NCBI GenBank assembly: GCA_012274205.1
Contig: JAAOZY010000130.1
Span: 1 to 32,823, forward strand
Origin: Betaproteobacteria bacterium
GTDB lineage: Bacteria > Pseudomonadota > Gammaproteobacteria > Burkholderiales > SG8-39
DNA: 32,823 bases
Reading direction: 5' to 3'
Made by a program: the position numbers and the translations under genes. Positions 20,222 to 28,883 of this stretch are shown here, in pieces (position 1 is the first letter of the stretch; the number at the start of each line of letters is the position of its first letter). The notes below the pieces were generated by a model. It saw nothing but the letters and a program-made list of their open reading frames with translations, was not told the origin of the DNA and made no database searches.

Positions 20222-20896
20222 ATGCCCAATATCGGCTTTCGCATCCTGCCCATGCCGGCGCGTCCGTCCAAGAAACTCATCAAGGCGCTCCGGGAGATGG
20301 TCACCGCGCATCTGTCGGACAACATGAACCGCCTGGTCGCGGGCGGCTCCGTGCTGCAGCCCATGCACCGCGGCGGCAAGCTCTGCGGCCCGGCGCTGAC
20401 GGTGAAGGTCGCGCCCGGCGACAACCTCATGGTGCACAAGGCGATCGACATCGCCGCGCCGGGTGACGTCATTGTCGTCGATGCCGGCGGCGTCGTGACG
20501 CAGGCCATCATCGGCGACATCATGTCCAGCCTCGCCGAGAAGCGCGGCGTCGCCGGCTTCGTCATCTACGGCGCGATCCGCGATTCGGCCGAGATCGGCG
20601 CCAGGCGCTTTCCGGTCTATGCCTGCGGCGTCACCCACCGCGGGCCATACAAGAACGGGCCGGGCGAGATCAACGCGCCGATCGCGATCGACGGCATGGT
20701 GGTGCATCCGGGCGACATTGTCGTCGGCGACGAGGACGGCGTGGTCGCCGTGCCGCAGGAGCATGCCGCGGAAGTCCTGGCGCTGGCAAAGGCGCAGCTG
20801 GCCAAGGAAAGCGCCACCCTCAAAGCCATCGCCGCCGGCAAGGCCGACCGCCGCTGGGTGGACGAACTGCTGCGGCGCAACGGCTGCGAATTCTGA
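20222..20896 (+). CDS. RraA-like / HMG aldolase family protein
   Basis: LSDNM, GPALTV, PGDNLMVHKAI, GDVIVVD, GAIRD, PGDIVVGDEDGVV. Confidence 0.9.
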   Translation: MPNIGFRILPMPARPSKKLIKALREMVTAHLSDNMNRLVAGGSVLQPMHRGGKLCGPALTVKVAPGDNLMVHKAIDIAAPGDVIVVDAGGVVTQAIIGDIMSSLAEKRGVAGFVIYGAIRDSAEIGARRFPVYACGVTHRGPYKNGPGEINAPIAIDGMVVHPGDIVVGDEDGVVAVPQEHAAEVLALAKAQLAKESATLKAIAAGKADRRWVDELLRRNGCEF

Positions 20897-20932
20897 ACCA
20901 ATCTGCCTGAAACCGTCACCCCCGGAGAGCGC

Positions 20933-21697
20933 ATGGAACTGCCAGTCAATCAATTCAAGCGCGGCATGAAAGCAGGCAAGCCGCAGATCGGGCTGTGGTC
21001 CAGCCTGTCATCGCATTACAGCGTGGAAGTCATCGCCGGTTCCGGATTCGACTGGCTGCTGCTCGACACCGAGCATTCGCCCAACGACCTGGAAAACGTG
21101 GTGACCCAGCTGCAGGCGGCATCGGCCTACCCGACCACCACCATCGTGCGCCCGGCGTGGAACGACATGGTGCTGATCAAGCGCTTTCTCGACGCGGGCG
21201 TGCAGACGCTGCTGATCCCCTATGTGCAGACGCCGGAGGAGGCCGCCGCCGCCGTGGCCTATACGCGCTATCCGCCGCGCGGCGTGCGCGGCGTGGCCGG
21301 CACCACGCGCGCAACGCGCTTCGGACGGGTCAAGGATTACTTCAAGCGCGCGGACGAGGAGTTGTGCGTGCTGCTGCAGGTGGAAACCCGCCTCGGCCTG
21401 GACAATCTGGAGGCGATCGCCGCAACGGAGGGCGTGGACGGCGTGTTCATCGGCCCCGCCGACTTGTCCGCCGGCCTCGGCCATCTGGGCAATATCCCCC
21501 ACCCCGAAGTGCAGGCGGCGATCGACGACGCGATCAAACGCATCCGCAAGGCGGGCAAGGCGCCGGGCATACTCGCGCCGGTGGAAGCCGATGCGCGCCG
21601 CTACCTCGAGCTGGGCTGCCTGTTCGTCGCCGTCGGCGCCGACGTCGGCCTGCTCGCGCGCGAATCCGAAAAGCTCTGCGCCAAGTTCAAGTCATGA
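20933..21697 (+). CDS. HpcH/HpaI class II pyruvate aldolase
   Basis: [38 protein letters not shown]. Confidence 0.92.
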   Translation: MELPVNQFKRGMKAGKPQIGLWSSLSSHYSVEVIAGSGFDWLLLDTEHSPNDLENVVTQLQAASAYPTTTIVRPAWNDMVLIKRFLDAGVQTLLIPYVQTPEEAAAAVAYTRYPPRGVRGVAGTTRATRFGRVKDYFKRADEELCVLLQVETRLGLDNLEAIAATEGVDGVFIGPADLSAGLGHLGNIPHPEVQAAIDDAIKRIRKAGKAPGILAPVEADARRYLELGCLFVAVGADVGLLARESEKLCAKFKS

Positions 21698-22635
21698 AAC
21701 AAGTCGAAATTCTATCCGTTGGCCCGATATATCCTGCGTCCCTGGAAGCAATGCAGCGCGAATTTACGGTCCATGTGTTGTGGCAGGCGGAGGACAAACA
21801 GGCGCTGCTCGGCCAGGTTTGCGAGCGCATCCGCGGCATCCAGAGCTTCGGCCCCTACGGCGCGGACGCCAGGCTGATGGACACGCTGCCCAAGCTCGAG
21901 ATCATCGCCAACGTCGGTGTTGGCGTCGATGCGATCGACCTGAACGCGGCCAGGCAACGTGGCCTGATCGTCACCAATACGCCCGATGTACTCAACGAAT
22001 GCGTCTCCGACCTCGCCATGGGCCTGACCGTCGCAAGCCTGCGGCGCATCAGTCTGGGCGATCGTTTCGTTCGCGCCGGCGCCTGGCGCAATGGCGCGTT
22101 TGCGCTCGGGCACAAGGTGGGCGGCAAGACCATGGGCATACTCGGCTACGGCAGGATAGGCAAGGCCATCGCCAGGCGCGCCGAAGCCTTCGGCATGCAC
22201 ATCGTGTACCACGGGCGCAAAGCGCAGGCCGACGCCGGCTACAAGTACTACCCTGAACTGGTCGACATGGCGCGCGACTGCGATGTACTCATGGTAATTT
22301 GCCCCGGCGGACCCGCGACGCACCACATAGTCAATGCAGAAGTGCTGGCTGCGCTCGGCCCCGAGGGCACGCTGATCAATGTCGCCCGCGGCTCGGTGGT
22401 GGACCAAGCGGCGCTGGTCAAGGCGCTTGCCGACGGCAGCCTCGGCGCCGCAGGACTGGATGTATTTGAAGGCGAACCCCGCGTACCCGAGGAACTGTTC
22501 GCGATGGACCAGGTGCTGCTGCAGCCGCACGTCGGCAGTTCCACGCACGAGACGCGCAAGGCCATGGGCGATCTTGCCATCGACAACCTGCGCGCGCATT
22601 TCGCCGGCAGGCCGGCGCTGACGCCGGTAATCTGA
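21694..22635 (+). CDS. D-isomer-specific 2-hydroxyacid dehydrogenase
   Basis: ATGA overlap with the upstream gene; [33 protein letters not shown]. Confidence 0.93.
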   Translation: MKQVEILSVGPIYPASLEAMQREFTVHVLWQAEDKQALLGQVCERIRGIQSFGPYGADARLMDTLPKLEIIANVGVGVDAIDLNAARQRGLIVTNTPDVLNECVSDLAMGLTVASLRRISLGDRFVRAGAWRNGAFALGHKVGGKTMGILGYGRIGKAIARRAEAFGMHIVYHGRKAQADAGYKYYPELVDMARDCDVLMVICPGGPATHHIVNAEVLAALGPEGTLINVARGSVVDQAALVKALADGSLGAAGLDVFEGEPRVPEELFAMDQVLLQPHVGSSTHETRKAMGDLAIDNLRAHFAGRPALTPVI

Positions 22636-22745
22636 ACCGCCGCGGGAGGGAATAATCAAGGTCCAGACACGCGTGTCGTAGTATCATTTTCCGTCAGCCG
22701 GCACCAGACCGGCATCAATTTAAGTTTCTTAACAAGGAGCAGAGC

Positions 22746-23705
22746 ATGCAATCAACATCAATCCTGAAATCCGCCGTTCCGGCAATGGCGCTTGCCGCGG
22801 CGTTGCTCACCCCTGTCGCGGCATCCGCGCAGCAAGTGACCCTGATGACCGGCCCCCAGGGCGGGGTATGGGTGCCGCTGGGCGGCTCCCTCAAAGGCAT
22901 GTGGGAGAAGGCGATTCCCGGCCTGCAGGTGCAGATGCAGCCCGGCGCCGGCATCGCCAACGTGCGCGGCGTGGATGAGGGCAAGGCGCAGATCGGCTTC
23001 GGCAACACCATCACGACGGTAGACGGGTTGGCCGGGCGGCCGCCGTACCCGAAGAAGGTAACCAAGGTCTGCCAGGTGGCGAACCTGTACCCGCAGTATT
23101 ACCAAATGGTGGTGCCGGCCGATGCGGGCATCAACAGCGTCGCCGACATGAAAAGCAAGGTGATGGTGACCCAGCCGAAGGGCAATTCTTCGGAGATCAT
23201 CAACGAGCACATATTGCAGGTCAACGGCATGAGCTACAAGTCGCTGGCGAAAGTAAACTTCCTCGCTTCCTACACCGATGCCGTTTCGCTGGTGAAGGAC
23301 GGCCACGCCCAGATCTTCACGCTGGGCACGACGGTACCCGCTTCATCGGTTATGGACCTGGCCAGCGCGCGTGACATCAAACTGATCGGCATCGACGCCA
23401 AGACCCTGGCTGAGATGAAGAAGATCAACCCGGGGTACTCCAAGCTCACGATCAAGGCCGGCACCTATCCGAAGCAGGACAAGGACGTCGATGTGATCGG
23501 CTACGCCACGCACATCATCGCCGCCTGCGATCTGCCCGAGGATATGGTCTACAAGATGGTGAAGGCGATGGCCGCCAACGTGGCCGACATGTCGGCCTCG
23601 AACAAGGCGATTGCGGGACTGACGCCGAAAATCATGGCCGAGGACGTCGGCGTGCCTTTGCACAAGGGCGCGGCCAAGTTCTACAAGGAAGTGGGAGCTA
23701 TCTGA
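22746..23705 (+). CDS. TAXI family TRAP solute-binding protein
   Basis: Signal peptide, TGPQGGVW, NLYPQ, AGTYP, PLHKGAAKFYKE; AAGGAG RBS. Confidence 0.93.
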   Translation: MQSTSILKSAVPAMALAAALLTPVAASAQQVTLMTGPQGGVWVPLGGSLKGMWEKAIPGLQVQMQPGAGIANVRGVDEGKAQIGFGNTITTVDGLAGRPPYPKKVTKVCQVANLYPQYYQMVVPADAGINSVADMKSKVMVTQPKGNSSEIINEHILQVNGMSYKSLAKVNFLASYTDAVSLVKDGHAQIFTLGTTVPASSVMDLASARDIKLIGIDAKTLAEMKKINPGYSKLTIKAGTYPKQDKDVDVIGYATHIIAACDLPEDMVYKMVKAMAANVADMSASNKAIAGLTPKIMAEDVGVPLHKGAAKFYKEVGAI

Positions 23706-23736
23706 ACTCGCGCGCATTGCATCCCGCAGCATAGTG

Positions 23737-23764
23737 GCGGGGCGGCGGAGGCCGCCCCGCTTTT
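23737..23764 (+). terminator. Intercistronic terminator-like stem-loop after the TAXI gene
   Basis: GCGGGGCGGC-GGAG-GCCGCCCCGC followed by TTTT. Confidence 0.7.
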
Positions 23765-23800
23765 GCGTCCGAAGTCGGTAGCGCATCGAGGAGCCCTCAC

Positions 23801-25696
23801 ATGTCCGAAGTACTGCCTGTCATCTCCGACGAGGTCCCCGCAACCGCGCCCGAAACCAGGTGGCTCAAGTGGGCCGTGTCGACGATCGCCGTGGCGATGT
23901 CGCTGTACCACATGTACGTCGCCGCCTTCGGCCCGCCGGAAGAGTTGATCTTCCGCGGCACCCATTTGCTGTTCGCGCTGACGCTGGTGTTCCTGCTGTA
24001 TCCGCTCAAGCCCCGCGGCGGCTCGGGCTGGCGCGCGCTCGACGCGGTCCTGCTGATCGGCTCGTGGGCGTTCATCCTGCACATCTTCCTCAACTACGAC
24101 TACATCATCAATCGCATCATCTATATCGACGATCTGACCGTCATCGACAAGATCGACGCGGTGATCGCCGTGCTGATCATCCTCGAGGCGACGCGGCGCG
24201 TGCTCGGCTGGGCGCTGCCGATCACCGCATTTGCATTCCTCGCCTACGCGGCGCTGCTCACCCAGGTGAAGCTGCCGGTGCTGATGGAGCAACTGTATCT
24301 CTCCACCGAGGGTATTTTCGGCTCGACGCTGGGCGTATCGGCCTCCTATGTGATGCTGTTCGTGCTGTTCGGCGCGTTCATGGAAAAAAGCGGCACCGGC
24401 AAGCTGTTCATGGACTTCGCCCTCGCCATCACCGGCCACACCGCCGGCGGACCGGGCAAGGTCTCGGTGATCAGTTCCAGCCTGTTCGGCACCGTATCGG
24501 GCAGCGCGGTGGCGAACGTGATGGTGGACGGGCCGATGACCATCCCGCTGATGAAACGCACCGGCTTCCGGCCCCCCTTCGCTGCGGCGGTCGAGGCGGT
24601 CGCCTCCACCGGCGGGCAGATCATGCCGCCGGTGATGGGCGCCGCCGCGTTCGTGATGGCCGAGTTCCAGGGGGTAAGCTACTTCCAGGTCACGCTATGG
24701 GCGGCGATCCCGGCGTTCCTGTACTACGTCGCGGTGTTCTTCGCCGTGCATTTCGAAGCCAAGCGCGTCGGCCTGCTGGGCGTGCCCAAGTCCGAACTGC
24801 CGCGCCTGGGGGCAGTGATGCGCGCGCGCGGCCATCTGTTCGTGCCGATATTCATCGTTTTCGTCGGCCTGATCGAGGGCTACAGCGCACCGCTGTGCGC
24901 GCTCGTCGGCACTCTCGCCTGCCTGCCGATGGCCTTGATGCGCAAACTCACGCGCGAGGCGATCACCTGGAAATCCGTGCTCGAAGCGCTCGAGGAGGGG
25001 GCGCGCAACACGCTGTCTGTGGCGATGGCCTGCGCCTGCGCCGGCATCGTGATCGGCTGCGTCACCATCACCGGCATGGGCATCAGCTTCACCCAGCTGG
25101 TGCTGGCGCTGGCGCAGAACATGCTGCTGCTGGCACTGGTGCTCACCGCAATTGCGGGCATCGTGCTCGGCATGGGCATGCCGACCACCCCCGCCTACAT
25201 CGTCATGGTCGCGCTGCTGGTGCCGGCGCTGGTGAAGCTCGGCGCGATCGCCCCGGCCGCGCACATGTTCGCGTTCTACTTCGCCATCCTTTCGGCGATC
25301 ACGCCGCCAGTGGCGCTTGCGGTGTTCGCAGCGGCCAGCCTGGCCAAGACCGATCTGTGGAAGGCGGGCCTGGAGGCGGTGCGCATCGGCTCCGCCGGCT
25401 TCATCGTGCCGTTCATGTTCATCTACGAGCCTTCGCTGCTGATGATCGGCGACTGGCAGACCATCGTCTCCTCGTTCGTCACCGCCACCATCGGCACTAT
25501 CCTGCTCGCCGCCGGCCTGTTCGGCTATTTGCTGCGCGCGACGCTGTGGTGGGAGCGGGTGCTGCTCGTGGCCGCGGCATTCCTGCTGATCAAGCCGGGC
25601 TGGATCACCGATCTCATCGGTCTCGCGCTGCTGGCGCTGGTGCTTGCCAGCCAGGTGTTCATCAAACCGGGCTTTGTAAAGAATGAGCCGGCCTGA
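23801..25696 (+). CDS. TRAP transporter fused permease (4TM/12TM, TAXI-associated)
   Basis: LEATRR, EGIFG, SGSAVAN, EAVASTGGQIMPPVMGAAAF, GMGMPTTPAY, ITPPVAL. Confidence 0.95.
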   Translation: MSEVLPVISDEVPATAPETRWLKWAVSTIAVAMSLYHMYVAAFGPPEELIFRGTHLLFALTLVFLLYPLKPRGGSGWRALDAVLLIGSWAFILHIFLNYDYIINRIIYIDDLTVIDKIDAVIAVLIILEATRRVLGWALPITAFAFLAYAALLTQVKLPVLMEQLYLSTEGIFGSTLGVSASYVMLFVLFGAFMEKSGTGKLFMDFALAITGHTAGGPGKVSVISSSLFGTVSGSAVANVMVDGPMTIPLMKRTGFRPPFAAAVEAVASTGGQIMPPVMGAAAFVMAEFQGVSYFQVTLWAAIPAFLYYVAVFFAVHFEAKRVGLLGVPKSELPRLGAVMRARGHLFVPIFIVFVGLIEGYSAPLCALVGTLACLPMALMRKLTREAITWKSVLEALEEGARNTLSVAMACACAGIVIGCVTITGMGISFTQLVLALAQNMLLLALVLTAIAGIVLGMGMPTTPAYIVMVALLVPALVKLGAIAPAAHMFAFYFAILSAITPPVALAVFAAASLAKTDLWKAGLEAVRIGSAGFIVPFMFIYEPSLLMIGDWQTIVSSFVTATIGTILLAAGLFGYLLRATLWWERVLLVAAAFLLIKPGWITDLIGLALLALVLASQVFIKPGFVKNEPA

Positions 25697-26543
25697 AATC
25701 CTGGTGATCGGCTCCGGCGTCATGGGCCGCGGCATTGCCAGGAGCTTTGCCGCCGCCGGCATTTCCAGCGCCATATACTCGCGCAACGCGTCCAAGGTCA
25801 CCGGCGTCGACGCGCGTGTCGCGCTAGTCGACCGGCTGCCGCCGCAGGCGCCGACCTTGATCATCGAATCGGTGCCCGAGGAACTGGCGCCGAAATTCGC
25901 GTGCTACGCAGCGATCGAGTCCGCCTACGCCGGTGCGCCGGTGCTCGCGTCCAACACCTCGGGCATCGACCTGGAGGCACTGGCGCAGCCGCTCAAGTAC
26001 CCCGGGCGCTTTATCGGCATGCATTACTTCATGCCGGCGGACGTCAACACCATGGTCGAGGTCGCCCCGATCCGGGCAAGCGATCCCGCGGCGGTGGACA
26101 CGGCCGTGCGCCTGCTCGAGGCGGCCGGCCGAAACTACGTGCGGCTGAAGCGCGCGCTGCCCGGCCTGCTGATCAACCGGCTGCAGCACGCCATCCTGCA
26201 CGAGGCCTACTACCTGATCGACGCAGGCGTGGCCAGCGCCGAGGAAATCGACCGCTGCGCGCGCGACATGCTGGCGCCGCGCATGTGCATCACCGGGCTG
26301 ATCGAACAGAAGGATATCAGCGGTCTCGACACCCACGCCCTGGCGCAGCGCGCACTGGTGCCGGTGCTGCACCACGGCGACCAGCCGCGGCGCGCGCTGC
26401 AGGACCTGTACGAGGCCGGACACCTCGGCATCAAGACCGGCAAGGGCTTCTACGACTGGAGCGGCAAGGATCCCGAGCGGGTCAAGGCCGAGGCCGGGCG
26501 CAAACTTTCCGAATTGCTCGCCTATCTGAAGCAGCAGCGCTAG
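25683..26543 (+). CDS. 3-hydroxyacyl-CoA dehydrogenase family protein
   Basis: IGSGVMGRGIA, IIESVPEE, ASNTS, GMHYFMP, NRLQ, LGIKTGKGFYDW. Confidence 0.88.
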   Translation: MSRPEILVIGSGVMGRGIARSFAAAGISSAIYSRNASKVTGVDARVALVDRLPPQAPTLIIESVPEELAPKFACYAAIESAYAGAPVLASNTSGIDLEALAQPLKYPGRFIGMHYFMPADVNTMVEVAPIRASDPAAVDTAVRLLEAAGRNYVRLKRALPGLLINRLQHAILHEAYYLIDAGVASAEEIDRCARDMLAPRMCITGLIEQKDISGLDTHALAQRALVPVLHHGDQPRRALQDLYEAGHLGIKTGKGFYDWSGKDPERVKAEAGRKLSELLAYLKQQR

Positions 26544-26582
26544 CTGGCCGGGTGCAGGGCGAAGATCGCAGCCCTGCGCCCG

Positions 26583-26969
26583 TCAATACCCCTGCCGGAA
26601 CAAGTACGCCAGCAGCGCGGCACCGAAACCCGCTACCGTGAGGTTCATGAACACCGACATGTTCACCCAGTAGCCCGCGGGGATTTCAATCGGCTTCAGC
26701 GTTTTGAGGACGGTCCTGAACTGCAGCGCGGCAGCCACCGACAGCGATGCGCCGAGCAATATGAATATCAGGCCGATCCAGAACGACATCCCCGTTTCCG
26801 GAATGGGCTTGCCGCTGGGGGTGATCCCGCCTGGGGCGATCATATGCAGAAACAGGCCGAAGCGCTCCACGGCGAAACCGAAAGCCATCAGCGTCAGGCA
26901 GGTACGGTTCCAGGCGAGCAGCGTGCGCTCGGCCGCAAAGAACACCCGCGGATCGTTCAAATCTGACAT
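26583..26969 (-). CDS. DUF202/YidH family membrane protein
   Basis: DPRVFFAAERTLLAWNRT plus three TM helices. Confidence 0.9.
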   Translation of the reverse strand: MSDLNDPRVFFAAERTLLAWNRTCLTLMAFGFAVERFGLFLHMIAPGGITPSGKPIPETGMSFWIGLIFILLGASLSVAAALQFRTVLKTLKPIEIPAGYWVNMSVFMNLTVAGFGAALLAYLFRQGY

Positions 26970-26993
26970 GGTCCGTTTCCTGTTTTGTAGTTG

Positions 26994-27101
26994 GAGTTCA
27001 TTTCAAAACGAGGGAATATCCCATGTGGGGACTTCCTTCGGGGCGCATCCCCTCATTCTCCCCTAGATCAGAGGCCATTTCAGTAATTCTGAAATGGCAT
27101 C
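26994..27101 (-). mobile_element. ~110 bp MITE-like repeat, copy 3 (divergent; flanks reversed, internal cassette not reversed)
   Basis: Reverse complement reads GATGCCATTTCAG...CTGATCTAGGGGAGAATGAGGGGA...TTTTGAAATGAACTC. TTG lies on both sides (possible 3-bp target duplication). Confidence 0.75.
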
Positions 27102-27112
27102 TTGGATAAGGC

Positions 27113-28663
27113 TCAGGCCTTCACCGGCGCGGCGGCATCCGCGGCTTTCGGCGCGCGCAGCTTGCCCAGCCCGCTGCGGATGGCGGCTTCCACCGTCTCG
27201 ACGCTGTTGTTGAGCGCGAGGCTCTTCGCGTACACCTTCTTCTCCTCGACGTTGGCGAGGCGGCTGATGAGCACGCGCTGCGCCTGCGGCGAGCCGGCGC
27301 CGTGCATGGACTCGGTGAGATAAGCTACCGCCCCGCGCCCCATGGTGAGGTTCTCGATCAGGCGCAGCAGGCGCATGCGCTCGTAAGTACTCATGCCGGC
27401 CGCGCCGGCGAGGTATTTCTTCAATATCCCCGCGGTCTGCGGATTGAGCCAGTCCTTCGCCGAGGGCAGCGTCACCATCAGGCCGCCGGCAATGTCCTGC
27501 AGGATGCGCGCGATCTCATAGGGCAGGCGCGTCACGTTCTGCTTGCACACGTTGGCGAGCAGCGCGTCGACGAAGAAATTGCCAGCTGGCAGCTTCCTGC
27601 CATTGGCCGAGCAGGCGATGCCGCAGGCAAACAGCGTTTCGTTGAGATGGTTCATCTCGACGATTTTATCCTTGATGTGCGATGCCCTGGCCACGCCGTT
27701 GTATTCGGCGATGGACGCGGCAGCGCCTATGGCCACGTCGCCGTTGCCGACTTTGCAGCCGCCGTAGCTCTGGCGGTGGTAACTCGCGAAAACGTCCACC
27801 AGCGGCGCGGCAAACTCGGTCTCGCCGTTCATGAAGATCATGGCGTCGGGCACGAACACGTCGTCGAAGATCATCAGCGCTTCCTGGCCGCCGTAGGTCG
27901 GGCTGCCGGCATCGATGTCGGAGGCTTCGCCGCCGCCGAGCTTGCGCTCGTCGCAGGACTGGCGCCCGTAGATGTAGGTGATGCCTTCGGAGTCCGACGG
28001 CAGTGCACAGGTGATGGCGTAGTCCTTCTCGTCCGGCTTCAGCGACACGGTCGGCATCACCAGCACCATGTGCGAATTCACCGAACCGGTCTGGTGCGCC
28101 TTGGCGCCGCGGATGAGGACGCCGCCCGGGCGCCGCTCGACCACGCGCAGGTACATATCCTTGTCCTGCTGCTCCGCCGGGCGCTTCGCGCGATCGCCTT
28201 TGACGTCGGTCATGGCACCGTCGACGATCCAGTCGTTCTGCTCCATGGCAAGGGCGAACTGCCTGAAGCGGGCGTGGTATTGCGTGCCGAGTTTGCGGTC
28301 CATGTCGAAGGTGGTGGCGAACACGGCGTTCAGCGCATCCAGGCCGACGCAGCGCTGGAAGCAGGTGCCGCAGCGCTGCCCGAGCAGGCGCTGCATGCGC
28401 ACCTTGTTGATCAGATCCTCAGTGCTCTGGTGCAGATGGCAGAAACGGTTGACGGTCGCACCGGTCAGCGCGGATTTCGCCGTCATCAGCTGACGGTGCT
28501 CGGGGTCATGCGCCAGTTCGTAGGTCAGGGCCACGGTATTCATCGAGGTCCGGATATACGGATGCTCAAGCGGATTGGCGAGCAGCTTGCCGTCCAGATA
28601 GACCTTGAGCGGCTTGCGCCGCGCGAGGCTGTCGCGGTACTGTTGTGCGTTCATCATGGCCAT
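27113..28663 (-). CDS. abfD: 4-hydroxybutyryl-CoA dehydratase / vinylacetyl-CoA isomerase (AbfD type; FAD, [4Fe-4S])
   Basis: NRFCHLHQS, TCFQRCVGLD, GAMTDVKGDR, GAKAHQTG, YHRQSYGGCKVG, HLNETLFACG, TESMHGAGSPQAQR; GGAGG RBS before ATG 28663. Confidence 0.88.
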   Translation of the reverse strand: MAMMNAQQYRDSLARRKPLKVYLDGKLLANPLEHPYIRTSMNTVALTYELAHDPEHRQLMTAKSALTGATVNRFCHLHQSTEDLINKVRMQRLLGQRCGTCFQRCVGLDALNAVFATTFDMDRKLGTQYHARFRQFALAMEQNDWIVDGAMTDVKGDRAKRPAEQQDKDMYLRVVERRPGGVLIRGAKAHQTGSVNSHMVLVMPTVSLKPDEKDYAITCALPSDSEGITYIYGRQSCDERKLGGGEASDIDAGSPTYGGQEALMIFDDVFVPDAMIFMNGETEFAAPLVDVFASYHRQSYGGCKVGNGDVAIGAAASIAEYNGVARASHIKDKIVEMNHLNETLFACGIACSANGRKLPAGNFFVDALLANVCKQNVTRLPYEIARILQDIAGGLMVTLPSAKDWLNPQTAGILKKYLAGAAGMSTYERMRLLRLIENLTMGRGAVAYLTESMHGAGSPQAQRVLISRLANVEEKKVYAKSLALNNSVETVEAAIRSGLGKLRAPKAADAAAPVKA

Positions 28664-28731
28664 GGCGATCCCTCCGGTTGGCTGCGCCAGCGTACTGGGC
28701 GCAGCCGGGCCGCGGCTGCGCTGCTGCAGGC

Positions 28732-28773
28732 AGTCTAAGCCCGGGCTAAAGCAGGCTATTTGACCTAAGACAA
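28732..28773 (-). promoter_or_regulatory. FNR/CRP-family class II promoter for abfD
   Basis: TTGAC-CTAA-GACAA at 28760-28773 and a minus-strand TAGACT -10 at 28737-28732. The box centre falls at -41.5 if the -10 occupies -12 to -7. Confidence 0.65.
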
Positions 28774-28883
28774 TATGCGGCGCCTTGAGCCCGGCGCGGC
28801 GGCGGTGTGTATCATTGGTACTGTGGGCGGGTGCCAACCCGGGACGCAACGCCGTTGGTGACGCGGGTATTCGGAACAAAGCG

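Noticed and set aside
27113-28663. 4-hydroxyphenylacetate 3-monooxygenase (HpaB), suggested by nearby hpaH/hpaI-like genes
   Set aside because: The Fe-S ligand motifs CFQRC and HLNETLFAC and the SMHGAGSPQAQ motif mark the AbfD branch, and no hpaC reductase is adjacent.
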